From Epithemia pelagica (lineage: Eukaryota; Protista; Bacillariophyta), in NCBI GenBank assembly GCA_946965045.2, contig OX337230.1, positions 2,914,001 through 2,978,000 on the forward strand: a stretch of DNA of 64,000 nucleotides, written 5' to 3'. A program made the translations under genes and the position numbers. This document shows, one piece after another, positions 11,010-23,293 of this stretch; the stretch's first letter is position 1, and each line of letters starts with the position of its first letter. The notes below the pieces were generated by a model. That model saw only the letters and a list, made by a program, of their open reading frames with translations. It was not told the origin of the DNA and did no database searches.

Positions 11010-12419
11010 CCACCTTTCGGCACCTCGGTAGATGAATTGGATGACTCCGAAGGGCTGACGACAACAACCAATGGTTCCTGCTGCAACGAAACGGTGTGAG
11101 CATAATGAATTGCAGCAAATGTAAAAATGGGCCAGCACTTCTTGTAGGCTTACCATTTCCACGGGCCCCTCCCGTCGAGATGCAGGCGGATCAACATCTG
11201 ACCGTTGATGGTGTTCATTGACGAGCATCCACACACCAGCCATCAAAATGACAATACCCAAGGGATACAGGATCCAGCTCCAGAAAGTTTCCAAATGAGA
11301 AAAGGTGGCATAATGAACGGCCGACATCAGGCTGGCCGAAACGACAAAGGATCCGACAAACATGGCGGAAGAATACGTGGCATCGTATCGTTTCATACAG
11401 GCAGTTAAAAAGAGCAAGCCACCAAAGGCAGATCCTGCTGCAAGCAGAACCATAATGATCAAGTACCACGGCAAAGAAGCATTGGCCTGGTCGGCTCGGA
11501 CCGCCTTGAGAATGGTCAAGGAATCCTTCAAAAAATTTTGCAACCCGGTCACAGATCCTCCCGCGACACCCCAACTAAAGCGTTTGAGTTTGTCGTACTT
11601 CTCGTCGCGATTACTGTCACCATCCCCTTGAGGACGGTGCATCCAATACACAAGTGTTGCCATCCAGATGGCCAAGCCAACAACGTAAAGGATGAAGGGA
11701 GGATACCGATAGGATTGCCGCACATCTTCAACCGAAACTCCTTCGTCGTTGGTGTGATCTCCAAACGCGGCGACAATCGCTTCGCCGAGTACAATAAGCG
11801 CTGCGGCCGATACTTGGTGCAGGGTTGGACTTTCTCCAATCAAGGGTTGACTGAACAAAACAATCCAGACCAAGGTCAATCCCGAAAAGGGAGCCAAAAT
11901 AGAGGGAGACGCATAATTCATGGCCAAGACGGAACATGCTGGATTCAAAAATGTCATACCAATCATGCCACTGCCTCTCAATGTCAAGGCTAACCACATT
12001 TGCTTGTCACAGGTTTGTTGCGTCCCCTCATCACTCCAGTTTGTCGCTGTACTCCTTCGTCGTCGTCTGACACTGTCGACTTCGTCTGGAAAGTCTTCCA
12101 GAACGTCGTCTTGACCATGCGGGGGTGCTGCTGCAGGTCCACCATCTTCTTCTCTTCCTCCCAGTGAACCCCCTGAAGTACGTAATCGTACAAAGTCATT
12201 GGAAGGGGATCCTGGAGGTGACACTACCACTGGATCCAGTGCCGTGGTTGTGTCGTGTGGAGATTCCTCCGATGCGTTGCGGTTGTGAAGCTCGTCCTGA
12301 GCGGCACTTTCCATTAACCAGCTCTTTCGAATGGCCAATTTACTTGCTCCGCCAATAATGGAGGCCATGACAGAGAGACTGATCCCCTTGATCCAATCCG
12401 AGGCAGAAACGGTTGACAT
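11010..12419 (-). CDS. NIPA-type magnesium transporter (DMT superfamily)
   Basis: GISLSVMASIIGG...LAIRKSW, AMNYASPSILAPFSGLTLVW.VLFS..LIGE, multiple TM helices. Probable terminal intron after EGPVEM (GTAAGC donor) gives a last exon QEPLV...GGCD*. Confidence 0.85.
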
Positions 12420-13257
12420 GATGCTGACTCCTCTCTGGACAATGAATAAGCAGTCGTTCCATGCAGATTCTCAACAGTTGAAAGTTGAAAGCAAACGCCA
12501 TGCGGTATTGATTGTTGATGCCCCAACGCATGGAATGGAAAAGAGAACACGGAAGAGTCGTGACACGTGGATCACGTACACCTCATCAGTCCGGAAAGAG
12601 TCTTCTCTAAGAACAGATTATGAGATCACATCTTCTTTTTTCAGGGTAAACGCTAGTGCGTCGAAAGCTAAACAGGGAGTGCGCGTCCCACTTATGGACC
12701 GTCCACTGGACCGTTCGGAAACTTACTCCCAAGCGATTTATTCGAGAAGCGTGTCACATTCAATGAAATTCATTTCTATACTTGTACAATACTTCTCAGC
12801 TTAACCCGCTTGAGATTCTTCGAAGGAGCGTTGGGGTCGGGGCATATTGGTAATTGGTAACACCTTATTGGAAGATGTGCACGGCCAAAAGTTCATGCCG
12901 ACAACCATGGGGTAACAGAATTAACCTTACCATGACCATGACGAAGATGACGACTCCTAGATCTACTAGCTCTAACCATTGTACTCCGAACCTTTTTCTC
13001 TGCGGGCGAAAGACTTGGCGACAAAAGTAGTACAATATTCACACAATGCTCGCTCTAGAAAAAAATGTCACACTACAAATTCTCTTATTTCACAGGTCTC
13101 AATTTTGATTTGGCGTAGTTCCGTCATTTCCGTGCCCCTTTTCAACCTGGTACCAGTGGTGGTGATTGTTCGTCGTCTCTTCCCCTTTCTCTTGCGTTTA
13201 CTTTTACCGTTGGAAAGTGTCTGTGCACATACTAATAAGTAATGCATCTTGGTGGAC

Positions 13258-14739
13258 TTAGGAGACACTAAAGTAGTCGCCTCGTCCGACCGAGCCCCCA
13301 CGTCGAGTGCCATACAACATGCGACTGTCATTGTATTCGTAATTTCGTGAATTGCCCGTATTGTATCCATAGGTACCCGCGTTTTCATTGTAATAATAGG
13401 GCGATCCCGAACTGCGGTAATTGCCGGAAAAGTCGTCCCGGTAGTAGCCATTGCCACTGTTGTAGCGGCCATCATAACCGTAATTGTAGCCATAGCCATT
13501 GCCGTAACCGCCGTTGCGACCATAGACAAAGGGAGCCCGTTGTCCGGACGAGGAAGTGGACCAGAGGCGGCGACTGGCACCCGGTCCCGTACCGTAATAG
13601 CCACGATCACCACTGTAGGCATAATCGTTGTACTTGTAATAATCGTCGGCCTCGTAGGAATAACCGAGTCGGCGGTCGGGCGAAAGATACCCGTCCCGAC
13701 CACCCCCGTAGCCGTAGTTTTGACGAGAATACGGTGTAACCTTGGCGGAAATGGGAAATTCCACCGGTCCTACATTGCGAATCGCCACGGTACTTCCCCC
13801 AGCTCCACCGACATCGGGCGTGTCAATCACAAAGGAATGAGGGCGCTGTGCACCGTCTTGGACAGACACTTCGGCAACTTGCTTGGCCGAACCCGGACCT
13901 TGCCACAATTCCACAATGGCTTTGATGGGCATACCCTCCGATTCCAATTCGACCAAGACGCTGCCCACACTGCGATCAACAGGAAAGGTTCGCAAACTGT
14001 TGCCCCCTTGAATTCGCGTTCCCGTGGCCGTGACATGACCACGACGGCCCACGGCCGAGGAGGGTGTCGAAAAGACTTCGGCCTGCATGGGAAAGGCGTA
14101 CGGACCCGTGTTGCGAACCGACACGGCCGATCTAGCTCCACTGTACGAAGTCCCATCGACCTTGGTTCGGAAGGGACGCAACCGGCCATCTTCACTGTAC
14201 ACACGTACCTTGGTTGGTGTGTTGTCTGGACCGTCCCATTGTTCCAATTCGGCCTGCAGGGGACGACCGTCGGTATACAAGTTGACTTGTTGCGAGTTAT
14301 CGCGACCATAATAACCACCGTACGGATTCGAAAAGGTTTCACGCGAACCACCACCCTGGACGACGGTAGAGCCCTGGCGTTGCCATCCCAATTGCGGTCC
14401 TCCACCATATCCACCAATGGGACGTCGGCGGTAATCCGGAGGGTTTTGACGAGCTTCGGCATGCTGCCATCCCAATTGCGAATTGGAAAAGGAGGAGACC
14501 GGTGTATTGGGGACATAGTAACGAGCCAAATTGGATTGTCGTGGCAAGCCCGGAATTTCACCTGACCAACCCGGTGCACGAGAAGCGGTACGAACAGCGC
14601 CCGATGTGGGAGAGGCCGTTCCACGCAGTTCTTGATCGGAGGGAACAGAGGCCGAAAAGCCATGAGCTACATCCTCCAAGGCCAAAAATCCACACAAAAG
14701 TGTGGCAATCGATAAACCACTCGACAATTTGACCAACAT
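13258..14739 (-). CDS. Signal-peptide protein with two W-x-GP repeat domains and a Gly/Tyr-rich tail (diatom-type unknown)
   Basis: 493-aa ORF with hydrophobic leader ending AHG/FSAS. Repeats ELEQWDGPDNTP..VRVYSEDG..RP and VELWQGPGSAKQVAEVSVQDGAQRP. C-terminal GYGNGYGYNYGY low complexity. Confidence 0.7.
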   Translation of the reverse strand: MLVKLSSGLSIATLLCGFLALEDVAHGFSASVPSDQELRGTASPTSGAVRTASRAPGWSGEIPGLPRQSNLARYYVPNTPVSSFSNSQLGWQHAEARQNPPDYRRRPIGGYGGGPQLGWQRQGSTVVQGGGSRETFSNPYGGYYGRDNSQQVNLYTDGRPLQAELEQWDGPDNTPTKVRVYSEDGRLRPFRTKVDGTSYSGARSAVSVRNTGPYAFPMQAEVFSTPSSAVGRRGHVTATGTRIQGGNSLRTFPVDRSVGSVLVELESEGMPIKAIVELWQGPGSAKQVAEVSVQDGAQRPHSFVIDTPDVGGAGGSTVAIRNVGPVEFPISAKVTPYSRQNYGYGGGRDGYLSPDRRLGYSYEADDYYKYNDYAYSGDRGYYGTGPGASRRLWSTSSSGQRAPFVYGRNGGYGNGYGYNYGYDGRYNSGNGYYRDDFSGNYRSSGSPYYYNENAGTYGYNTGNSRNYEYNDSRMLYGTRRGGSVGRGDYFSVS

Positions 14740-15511
14740 GATTCAAACTAAATAGATTCTAGGTACTTGGCTCGTTGGTCAACTGATTGAATGAGAGAAA
14801 GTTGAAATGGAAAGGGTACAATCCGCAGCACTCCAACGCAGTATGAGGCAATGGTCAAACGAAACTTCTTGCTGCAGCAACCGTAATGGCACACTAGCCA
14901 AGACTTGAGAGCTGGCTCTGTCACACTACGTGACAAAGATTGCGTGCGATTCAACAACGACTTTTTGGTTGTTCGATTGTCCAATCCAAAAGACAAGGAC
15001 GACGACGACAGCAACGACAGATCCAAACAGATGGTGTTTCCCTTGCCACTTGCCATGGCAACACTACTTTATAGAGATCGACATGTCGTGTCCGCGTCCC
15101 ACCCGTGGCAGTTTGGCAATGTGGATGATCGAAGACATGCGCATTGAGATTTGTGTGGGAGGACAATGACGTGGCCTTTTCGTGACGTCATACTACTATC
15201 GAAGCTATAGTGAGAGATCTCCACCGGACATGAGACATTCGCATGGTCTGTTTTTTGTTTTGGACGGTAGAAAAATATTGTTCTAAATCAAAAGAAATTT
15301 GACAGATATATCATAGATTTTTTACATTTTTTAGATGTAAATTTGGGAATAACCGTATGGAGGTACCCCCGAAAACCCGAAATCGCAGGGTTGGATGACC
15401 ATGGGATTGTTTTCGTTCCCTTGGAATTTCAGCCATACCTTCTCCATTGGATCTCTTCTACATATACATCTTTCTTATTGCTTCTTCTTCCTCGGCTCCG
15501 CGGCTGTCGTC

Positions 15512-17161
15512 ATGTCCCGTTACTTTTCTACCAAAGATGGCGCACCAGGGTATATTGGTCCGAAGCGAGTGCTCTACGAACGAAAACCCGTTACGGATTT
15601 GTGGAACACACTAACTGTGGTTGCGAGGCAGCAATGGAAATGGAAGAATGTAGTCAACAAACATGATGACGCATTCTTGCAAGCTAAAACAAGACTTTTG
15701 CAGGTCTATGGACCTCCTGGTTCCGGAAAGACTTGCGCGACGTTTGGTTGGGCACGATCGGTTTGTGAGAAGTTCAGTGGCACCCGAGCCCTGTGGATTT
15801 CCTGCGCCGCTGAGGCGGTGAAATGTTGGTCAATCAAGCGAGAACAAGGCACAGGCACGGTGGTGGTCCGTGAGCAACCCACCCCACAAAATGCCAACGA
15901 AGCTGGGGATGCCATGATTGTAGTATTCGATGGCGTTCGCCCAGAAACGCTCAATCGATGGAGAGGCTTGATGAACGAGATTGCAAGGTTGGGGATTGCA
16001 GTGATTGCTGTGTCTTCTGAGGGAGTTTTCTTCCATGAAGGGGACTCGCAAGACACATTAAAAGTGGAACATTTTGTACCTTCGTGGACACTGGAAGAGG
16101 CTTTGGCAGCTTCGAATTCGAATGTTTTCTGGCAGACATGCTACAGAAACTTCTCAAATGCAATGCCGAACGATGATGCGACGCAGAGAAATGCAAAGGT
16201 ACAAGAAAAATTTCGGATTGCTGGAAATTCGGCCCGCTTCTTGTTTGACAGTCCAGAAAGCATTGTAGAGGACGAAATAAAAGCGAAGGCAAGGTCGTTG
16301 AACGGTATTGATACCTTAGAACATGCAGTCGGGAACCCTCGAAGCCGTGGAGCTGTCAACACCTTGATTGCACGTTTGCAAGAAGACAAGAACGGGCTTA
16401 CACCAGAACAAAGAGCCAATTTTCCAATGGATGCTGATTTATTGGCAGTTGCAGAGGTTTTTGATGATCTCAATTTCCGCCAGGAAGAGATGGACAACGA
16501 GGATTCTGTACCCCAGCTCGTTAGCGCATATGCATCCGGTGAAGTAGTCAAGAGTATTCCATCAACCATCGCAAGGTTGCGTTGGATTGCCGGCGCTCTT
16601 TCGAACAGAGTGATCGAAGCATACGCTTTTGAGGAACAACTGAAAAAAAGTCTTCGTCAGGCCAATCGCACCCCTCAACGCCATCTGCATGTATTGGGAC
16701 AGACAACCATTGGAAGCTCCACGGAACACCCTACGGATATTACCTATACTGTTGAGTATTTCATGCAATGCAAAGCAAGTGAGTTGAAACACACCTTGCA
16801 GAGCAACCACTTGCCAAATACCTGGATTTTTGTTTCCAAGAATCAAGGAGCTTTCGATGCCGTTCACGTACAATCGGAAACACACATACGCTTCGTTCAA
16901 TGCACTGTCGAAAAGGCGCACTCTTACTATTTGGATATCATTGACAGCCTCCTCCAGGTGATGGCCGAACAAGACATTCGTTGGACGCACATTGAATTCT
17001 TGGTTCTCCGACCTGATAGCGAACGTGGCACTCTTTTTTGTCTAGATCCAGCTCGAGGTGGTTTTCGGGACGACTATTTTCGGTTCGACGGTCAACCATG
17101 GGATCGTCGAGACTATCGCAACAACGTGAGGTATGCCCTTCTACAATGGACCGAGTTTTGA
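15512..17161 (+). CDS. Crinkler/RHS-type P-loop NTPase fused to a C-terminal PD-(D/E)xK-like nuclease
   Basis: Walker A GPPGSGKT, Walker B IVVFDG, VAVSS, FVPSWTLEE, GNSARFLF. C-terminal NQGAFDAVHV...IRFVQCTVEKAHS matches the CR-REase pattern. Intronless. Confidence 0.7.
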   Translation: MSRYFSTKDGAPGYIGPKRVLYERKPVTDLWNTLTVVARQQWKWKNVVNKHDDAFLQAKTRLLQVYGPPGSGKTCATFGWARSVCEKFSGTRALWISCAAEAVKCWSIKREQGTGTVVVREQPTPQNANEAGDAMIVVFDGVRPETLNRWRGLMNEIARLGIAVIAVSSEGVFFHEGDSQDTLKVEHFVPSWTLEEALAASNSNVFWQTCYRNFSNAMPNDDATQRNAKVQEKFRIAGNSARFLFDSPESIVEDEIKAKARSLNGIDTLEHAVGNPRSRGAVNTLIARLQEDKNGLTPEQRANFPMDADLLAVAEVFDDLNFRQEEMDNEDSVPQLVSAYASGEVVKSIPSTIARLRWIAGALSNRVIEAYAFEEQLKKSLRQANRTPQRHLHVLGQTTIGSSTEHPTDITYTVEYFMQCKASELKHTLQSNHLPNTWIFVSKNQGAFDAVHVQSETHIRFVQCTVEKAHSYYLDIIDSLLQVMAEQDIRWTHIEFLVLRPDSERGTLFCLDPARGGFRDDYFRFDGQPWDRRDYRNNVRYALLQWTEF

Positions 17162-17633
17162 TCATTATCGGGTCTCAAACCGTTCGTCAATACTTGCCCC
17201 AACGCCGGTGCTATCAATCTTTGCGCTGTTGGGTTTCACAAACATGTGCCTGTTTATGGATATAACGGACCAATGCCGGTCGAGGCGTCTAAGATTACAT
17301 CAAGCAAGCAATTCTGTTGTCGGGATCTCACTTCTGACAGATAATGTATCGTAAAGGTAGCTATCCGTATGGGTGCACCCTGGCTGAATCCAAACTGAAT
17401 AGTACCGATTGTCTTATCATTGTCGAGCCTCCACCCAGTGATGACGCTCTAAAAGTTATGGAGTCAACAGTCAACCTGGCTATAGAGCTAGAGGACTTCC
17501 GGGTAACTACCTTTTGCTATGTGCAAACGCATGGGGAAGACAATGCGCACCACTCGCTCCATCCACATATCCATCGTCGTGTGTTGGAAGACAATGTTAC
17601 GCTTTGCTTTAGCGACGGCAACCACAGAAACCA

Positions 17634-20053
17634 ATGGCGTCCTCACTAGAGGATGGCAGCGGCATTCAGAACAGGAAGGATACTGAGGCAGATCCGATCA
17701 TTTATCGCTTTGTGTGGGGAGATGAAAATGTGGACAATCAGGGGTGGGTCTTTTTTGACGTGGATCATACCGGTGGTGTGCATGACTTGTGGATGCAATA
17801 CACATCCGATTCCTCGCGACCAGTCCTGGTGCAGACGGCCGGCATTCCCATGTATGTGCCTGTAGCATTTTCAACTCGTCGTCCATCCACAACACCAGCC
17901 GAATTTTGGAAGGAAGGCACGTACGATCTCTTTCAAGCGGGACGGACTCGAGTTGGGTTTCAGGCTGTGGGAGAATGGCCCAACATTACAGCCTTTTACG
18001 TGGTGCCGCAACAACGACATGAGCTGGTGGAACGTACACGAAAGAAACTTCAACAGAGGAGTTATTTTGGGTTTACTCGTGAAATGAGCCGTGGTGGCAG
18101 TGAGAGCGAATCGAATGACAGAACCACAAACAACAGCACTCCTACCAATAGCAACAGTTGGTGGAAACAGTCGCCGACGGCTGTCACGCTTACCTTTGAA
18201 ATTGGCATGACTGATGTGGGCGCCGACTTTGAATATCAGTCCATTTCCTTGCAGGGGAAAACCATCAAGTTCACTTTTGGCGAAGCACACGATTGTCTGG
18301 CCCTCGATGGAGATCCGATTGGAGATCAGTACGGAGGAGAGAATTTTCCGCAAGTTGCTCGAGTGGATTCCAATCAAGTGATTCAATCGATGGCTCTGGG
18401 ACTGTCCACGTATTCGGGAGAAGCCGCCTTTCACAGTCTGTCTCTTTGTAATCAAAAGTCCAAACCCAAGCAAGACGAACAACGAATACTGGTTGGTGCC
18501 TTGTTGAAAACTCCTGTCTATATTTACGATCGCGACAAGTTGGGCCTGAATTTGTGGATCACGACAATTTGTGCACCACGAGGTCGCCCTGTGGCCCGAT
18601 ATGGCTTTACGCTGAGTTCGGATGATTGCATTGCCTTTAATGCCAAGGAATTTGATATCTTTTGGCAATGGCTTGTGACAATCAAGTACCAAATGGCATC
18701 GGCGGCCAATCCTAAATTGAAGCTAACAGAAGATGACATTGCCAACAAAATGTCATCTCTACGACAGTTTCTCTTAACATCCTTTTCAGGACAAGTAGCT
18801 TCCAATGATTCTTCGACCAGCACAATGATGAATGAGGGATGGTTGTATGGGACGAACTACCATGTTTGTCTAGTGTTTGACGTCTTCTCTCTCTTGCTCT
18901 ACAAAATGCCAGGATCAGACGAGGTCCATACAACCTTTTTTGTCAATGGTCAGCAATACGATTCGTCCAAGTTCTCGCGCCTGGAAGAAGTTCCCTTGCG
19001 GCGCAATGATATCTTGGCTTACGCGATTACCTCGGCCGCTCGAGATACCGATCTCTTGTATCAAATGGGACTCTTGCGACCATCAACAAGGCGGCGGGAC
19101 GGCGAGGTTGGAACTACCGTGGAACGAGAAGTGGAACCACTTCTCCAAACGGGACATTTATTCCCTGGTGACTATACCTCTACTCCCATGGCTCGCCGCG
19201 CCATGGTGATACTGGCCATGGCCGGACTGCGCAAAGCGGGCTTTACCATACTGACAGATGATATTTTTGGCTGGGATATTTATTCTCTGGCATCACAAAA
19301 ACGGTCGGGTTTGTCCTTCCATGACTACCTCAAGTTGAATGGGGCATCATTGGTATGCATGTTGATTCAAATCCTGGTTCCCCTCTTGCTATCTTATCGT
19401 GCCGTAACCGATGAAGATGATACGTTGACATGGGACACGTATGTGGCACGCATCATTTTCCTGCTCTATGCTGGATTCAAGGAAATGAGTACCTGGGGTA
19501 TTGACAGAGAAGAACGAGTCGTGGCCTGGCTATGCTTTTTTCCCGACTTTAGTACCAAAAAGTTGATCTGGGGTAGAGGCATCAATCAAATCTCCAAAGT
19601 CATCACGACGGTAGCGACCATTGGCCTAATTGTCAACTCTTATACAGGTACACAGGTTGCCATTCGAATTATCCTTTCTACAAATTCGTCTCAAACTCTC
19701 TCTTGATTTTGTTCTTTATTTGGCTACCAGTGTTTGATGTAACCCTCAATTCCCTTGCTCTCTACTACATTTTGGAACTGGACGACCAACTCGTGGATGA
19801 AACCGCGTTGGACCGGATACGAAACATTCAAGAGGAGCATTACCTCAATATTAAATCCAAGTTGGCCCTCGAGTACCGCCAACCACACTACGTCGACTTG
19901 CATCTACCCAAGATCCAAGAGCTTCCTGCAAGATACTTTCTTCTCGTGTCCAGAAGAGTGGGAGACTTTTCGCTTCTCATGCTCTGTGGCGCAGTACTCT
20001 TTTCAGCCATTGCACCATGGTTCGTCTCAAAAGGCGGCTTTGAGGGAGTATAA
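17634..20053 (+). CDS. Unknown protein with C-terminal multi-pass membrane region
   Basis: 690-aa ORF joined by intron 19648-19730 to VFDVTLNSLALYYILELDD. Several hydrophobic segments in the last 250 aa. No family recognised. Confidence 0.6.
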
Positions 20054-20662
20054 CTAACCGATTTGCTTCGATCCAGTGTTTTGGTGATTCACCTTTTGGA
20101 TCAACAAAAATTCCCCAAAAGTGTGCAGATCGGTATGTGTTGTCAACAACGTCATTTTTGTGATGCTCGAAATGTTTTGATGGAAACAAGTGCTTGTAAC
20201 TTGGTCGGGACTCTTCGTGATTATAATTGTTTGCTCAGTCTGAGGAAAAAGTACGTTTTGTGAATAGCAAATGCCGACAGACTCTTTCCGGCTCTCTCAG
20301 GACACGTGTGACTTTGGCCTAGCATTGAATGTGGATATGGAACTATCAATAATCTGATTGAATATGTACTGTTCAGCAAAAGAGACAGAAGCGACCATGC
20401 ATGAACAGTACGGAGTCAGTGACCTTGTCTGTCGATGCCAAACGAAGAGAACAAGTATAATGGTCCTACTCTAGGCAAATATAACACCAAATACTTTGAG
20501 AAATTGTCGACGCTTTTACTCAAAGATTTTGGTTATCCATCAAGAATAGAGACAAATAAAATTACCGGAATTCTGGATGTGGAGTCTCAAGAGAACCGCC
20601 AAAGCAGGTTGGCAAGGTGGACAGACGTAGAGAATTGAAGCCAATAAAAGAAATGACGGATT

Positions 20663-21451
20663 TTAATTCTCGGATCCGATGTTTATCGAATCGATCTTCA
20701 GGCTTTCATCTGAGTTGTCAGAGATGTGGGACTCCGACTTATCGGAGCTTTCTGAGCTGTTGCTCAGCGAGTACATCAAGGATTCCTGTGAAGTTTCCTC
20801 CAACACCTCATTGTTTGCCGAATTGTTGTTGGAGTGTTGAACTTCAGAACTTATACCTTGAGCTGGGAGCGAGACCACCGGGGTCATTCGCCGTTTCTCA
20901 TTCTTATGGGAAGTATCGTCCAACAACTCTTTGGGAACGTCGGATCCCCGCACTTGTTTCGTAATAAAACCAACCAAGGTCATAAGAAGATCATCTTCTT
21001 TCCATTTGTCGAAGTTTTCATGGAGCCATTTAAGCGTCTCAATATTTTGGTCGGCATTGTGGCGCTCCTTTATACCAAATGAGCACATCTGGAGAGCCAA
21101 GCAAACCTCTTCTTGGGCAAAATCATTGGAGAAAGTAACAAGTGTTGCCAAAAGGTTCTTGATATCTTCTTTCTCTTCTTCTGAGAACATCTGAGCGTGG
21201 TGTTTCTTCTGATTCTGTATCTTATTCGCTTGCTTCTTCCTTTCGCGTCTGTCTCTTTGCGCAGTGAATCGTTTGTTGGCCTTTTCGTCTTCCTTGTCCC
21301 AATTCAAACCGGAGAAGCGAACTCCTTTTTCATGAGATGGTGAAACGACGCTACCAGCTTCCTGCGTTCCTTTTATTCCAGAGGCAGGAGAGTGATCTAC
21401 CTGTATTGGGAGCGGATGGTGCTCAAAATCCAGCATCGTTTCGTTTTCCAT
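20663..21451 (-). CDS. Hypothetical protein (charged coiled segment, Ser/Asp-rich tail)
   Basis: 262-aa ATG-started ORF with protein-like composition; no recognisable domain. Confidence 0.45.
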   Translation of the reverse strand: MENETMLDFEHHPLPIQVDHSPASGIKGTQEAGSVVSPSHEKGVRFSGLNWDKEDEKANKRFTAQRDRRERKKQANKIQNQKKHHAQMFSEEEKEDIKNLLATLVTFSNDFAQEEVCLALQMCSFGIKERHNADQNIETLKWLHENFDKWKEDDLLMTLVGFITKQVRGSDVPKELLDDTSHKNEKRRMTPVVSLPAQGISSEVQHSNNNSANNEVLEETSQESLMYSLSNSSESSDKSESHISDNSDESLKIDSINIGSEN

Positions 21452-21694
21452 GGTAGAAACGTCTTTGTTCGAATGCTTCCAAGCTGCGTGTTGTAAGCGA
21501 TAATTTCAGATTTTCGTGTGCGATCCTGCGATCGAATACACTCCCTACCGGTGGATACGGGACTCACTCGTGACACAAACCGACATTATTTTCCAATCAC
21601 GGTCGGTGGTGCAGTCCCCTCTGGCTATGACTCAGAAAGTTATCTGCGACCGAGTGTGTTGTCGTCATTTTTTGGACTCTGACAGAAGAGAAAT

Positions 21695-23293
21695 ATGATG
21701 AAAATGAAGATTGGAACCGGTCCTTGTTCGACGCAATCATGGTGGAGACTCAAGATTTTGGCTCTTGGACTGCTGCTTGATTATAGCTACGCCTTTGTCT
21801 CAAGGACGAAGCATCAATGGCGTCATCCTTCCGGGTTGGCCGCGCAAGTGCGCGATCAGGACCCGGTACTATCCCCGTCGTCTCATCGAACTCCGATCAA
21901 CGCGGATGCCCTGGAACAAGCACTCAAGAGTTGCACATCTTCGCGCGAAGCTAGAAAAGCCTTGGAGAGTGCTTTGTCTTGTTCTCAAGATGACAATTAT
22001 GCATCACCAACTCTCTTTGGCTCCATCAATCTTCCGCCACCGGACGCCGCCACGAGGGTGATTTCGGATGGAGATTTGGCCATCCAAACTCGAATGGTCA
22101 ATAAGAAATACAACATAATGGACTTGATTGAGCTTTCGGGAGATAGAGATGCAGATCGGGCTTCCCTGTCGATTGTGTGTTTAACCATTGCCAGCACTCT
22201 GTCTGCCATTGCGGCCAACCAGAATTTACCGGGCCCTGAAATCCTGCGTTTCCTCGTTGTTTGGTTGTTTAGTTTCGCGCCCTTGTTCTTTGTTGGCTAC
22301 GGGATTGCCACGCCGTCTAATCTACAAGCTCTCTTGGTGTCCATCCAACGTCAACTCTTTCCGTCCTATCGACAGCGAACCATTCAACACGAGGCAGGAC
22401 ATTTTCTCATGGGTCATTTGCTGGGTTATCCTATTCAAAGTTATACTGCAAATGCGGTAAAGAATGCTGTTTCTTTCTATCCATTGAGAGATACCGGACT
22501 TGCGCGAGAAAAAGCAGAGCTAATGGGCTTTGATGCCTCGAAAAGGCCTCTTCCTTCTGAACCAGAGGAGAGATCGGTTGACCCCTCCTTTTTTGGCCCT
22601 GACGGTCGAGGGGCGGAAACCGTGGAACGGTATTCTGTGCTTCGATCCAGCAAGAATGCAACCGATAATCCATTTCTGAAATTGGCTTCCATCAACGAGC
22701 CAACGGAATCCTGGCCCTACCGAGGCTTTGACGAAGCAACCCTTGGTCAGCTTGCCATTGTTAGTGTTGCCGGTGTCTGTGCCGAGATTCTGGCCTTTGG
22801 AAACGCTGAGGGTGGAGTGGCAGATTTAGGCCAACTCCGTCAAATATTTTTATCGGCCGAGACGGAAATGACGGAAAACGAAGTCGAGAATCGTATCCGC
22901 TTTGCATTGGGTTACACCATGAGCCAATTGCGATGTCATTTGGGAGCGTTGGATGCCGTTGCGGATGTTATGGAGAAGGATGGATCCATTGTGGAGTGTG
23001 TTGAAGCCATTGAATCGTGTACCAATGTGAATGGTCAGGATGGTATATTAGGCGATTACGAACGACGTCGTCGCGATGCGTTTCGAAACGAAAAGGCCGG
23101 TTTCTTGGAGCGAATTCTCTTGGGAAGTGTCAAGAGTATCGATGAAGAAGAAGACAGATATGTAGTTGGAAAACAAGGAGGCGGTCGAAAGCAGACGTTT
23201 CGACTCACTGGTGACGATCCATTCTATGCCGCTATCGGTGTAGCTTTGGTGTTCTTTATTTGGGCAAGTACAGGGGGTCTGAGCCTTCATTAG
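21695..23293 (+). CDS. Plastid-targeted M41/FtsH-like zinc peptidase without AAA domain (VIR3-like)
   Basis: Leader ending YSYA/FVSR, two TM helices, RTIQHEAGHFLMGHLLGYPI (HExxH), VAGVCAE..AFGNAEGGVAD. Confidence 0.8.
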   Translation: MMKMKIGTGPCSTQSWWRLKILALGLLLDYSYAFVSRTKHQWRHPSGLAAQVRDQDPVLSPSSHRTPINADALEQALKSCTSSREARKALESALSCSQDDNYASPTLFGSINLPPPDAATRVISDGDLAIQTRMVNKKYNIMDLIELSGDRDADRASLSIVCLTIASTLSAIAANQNLPGPEILRFLVVWLFSFAPLFFVGYGIATPSNLQALLVSIQRQLFPSYRQRTIQHEAGHFLMGHLLGYPIQSYTANAVKNAVSFYPLRDTGLAREKAELMGFDASKRPLPSEPEERSVDPSFFGPDGRGAETVERYSVLRSSKNATDNPFLKLASINEPTESWPYRGFDEATLGQLAIVSVAGVCAEILAFGNAEGGVADLGQLRQIFLSAETEMTENEVENRIRFALGYTMSQLRCHLGALDAVADVMEKDGSIVECVEAIESCTNVNGQDGILGDYERRRRDAFRNEKAGFLERILLGSVKSIDEEEDRYVVGKQGGGRKQTFRLTGDDPFYAAIGVALVFFIWASTGGLSLH

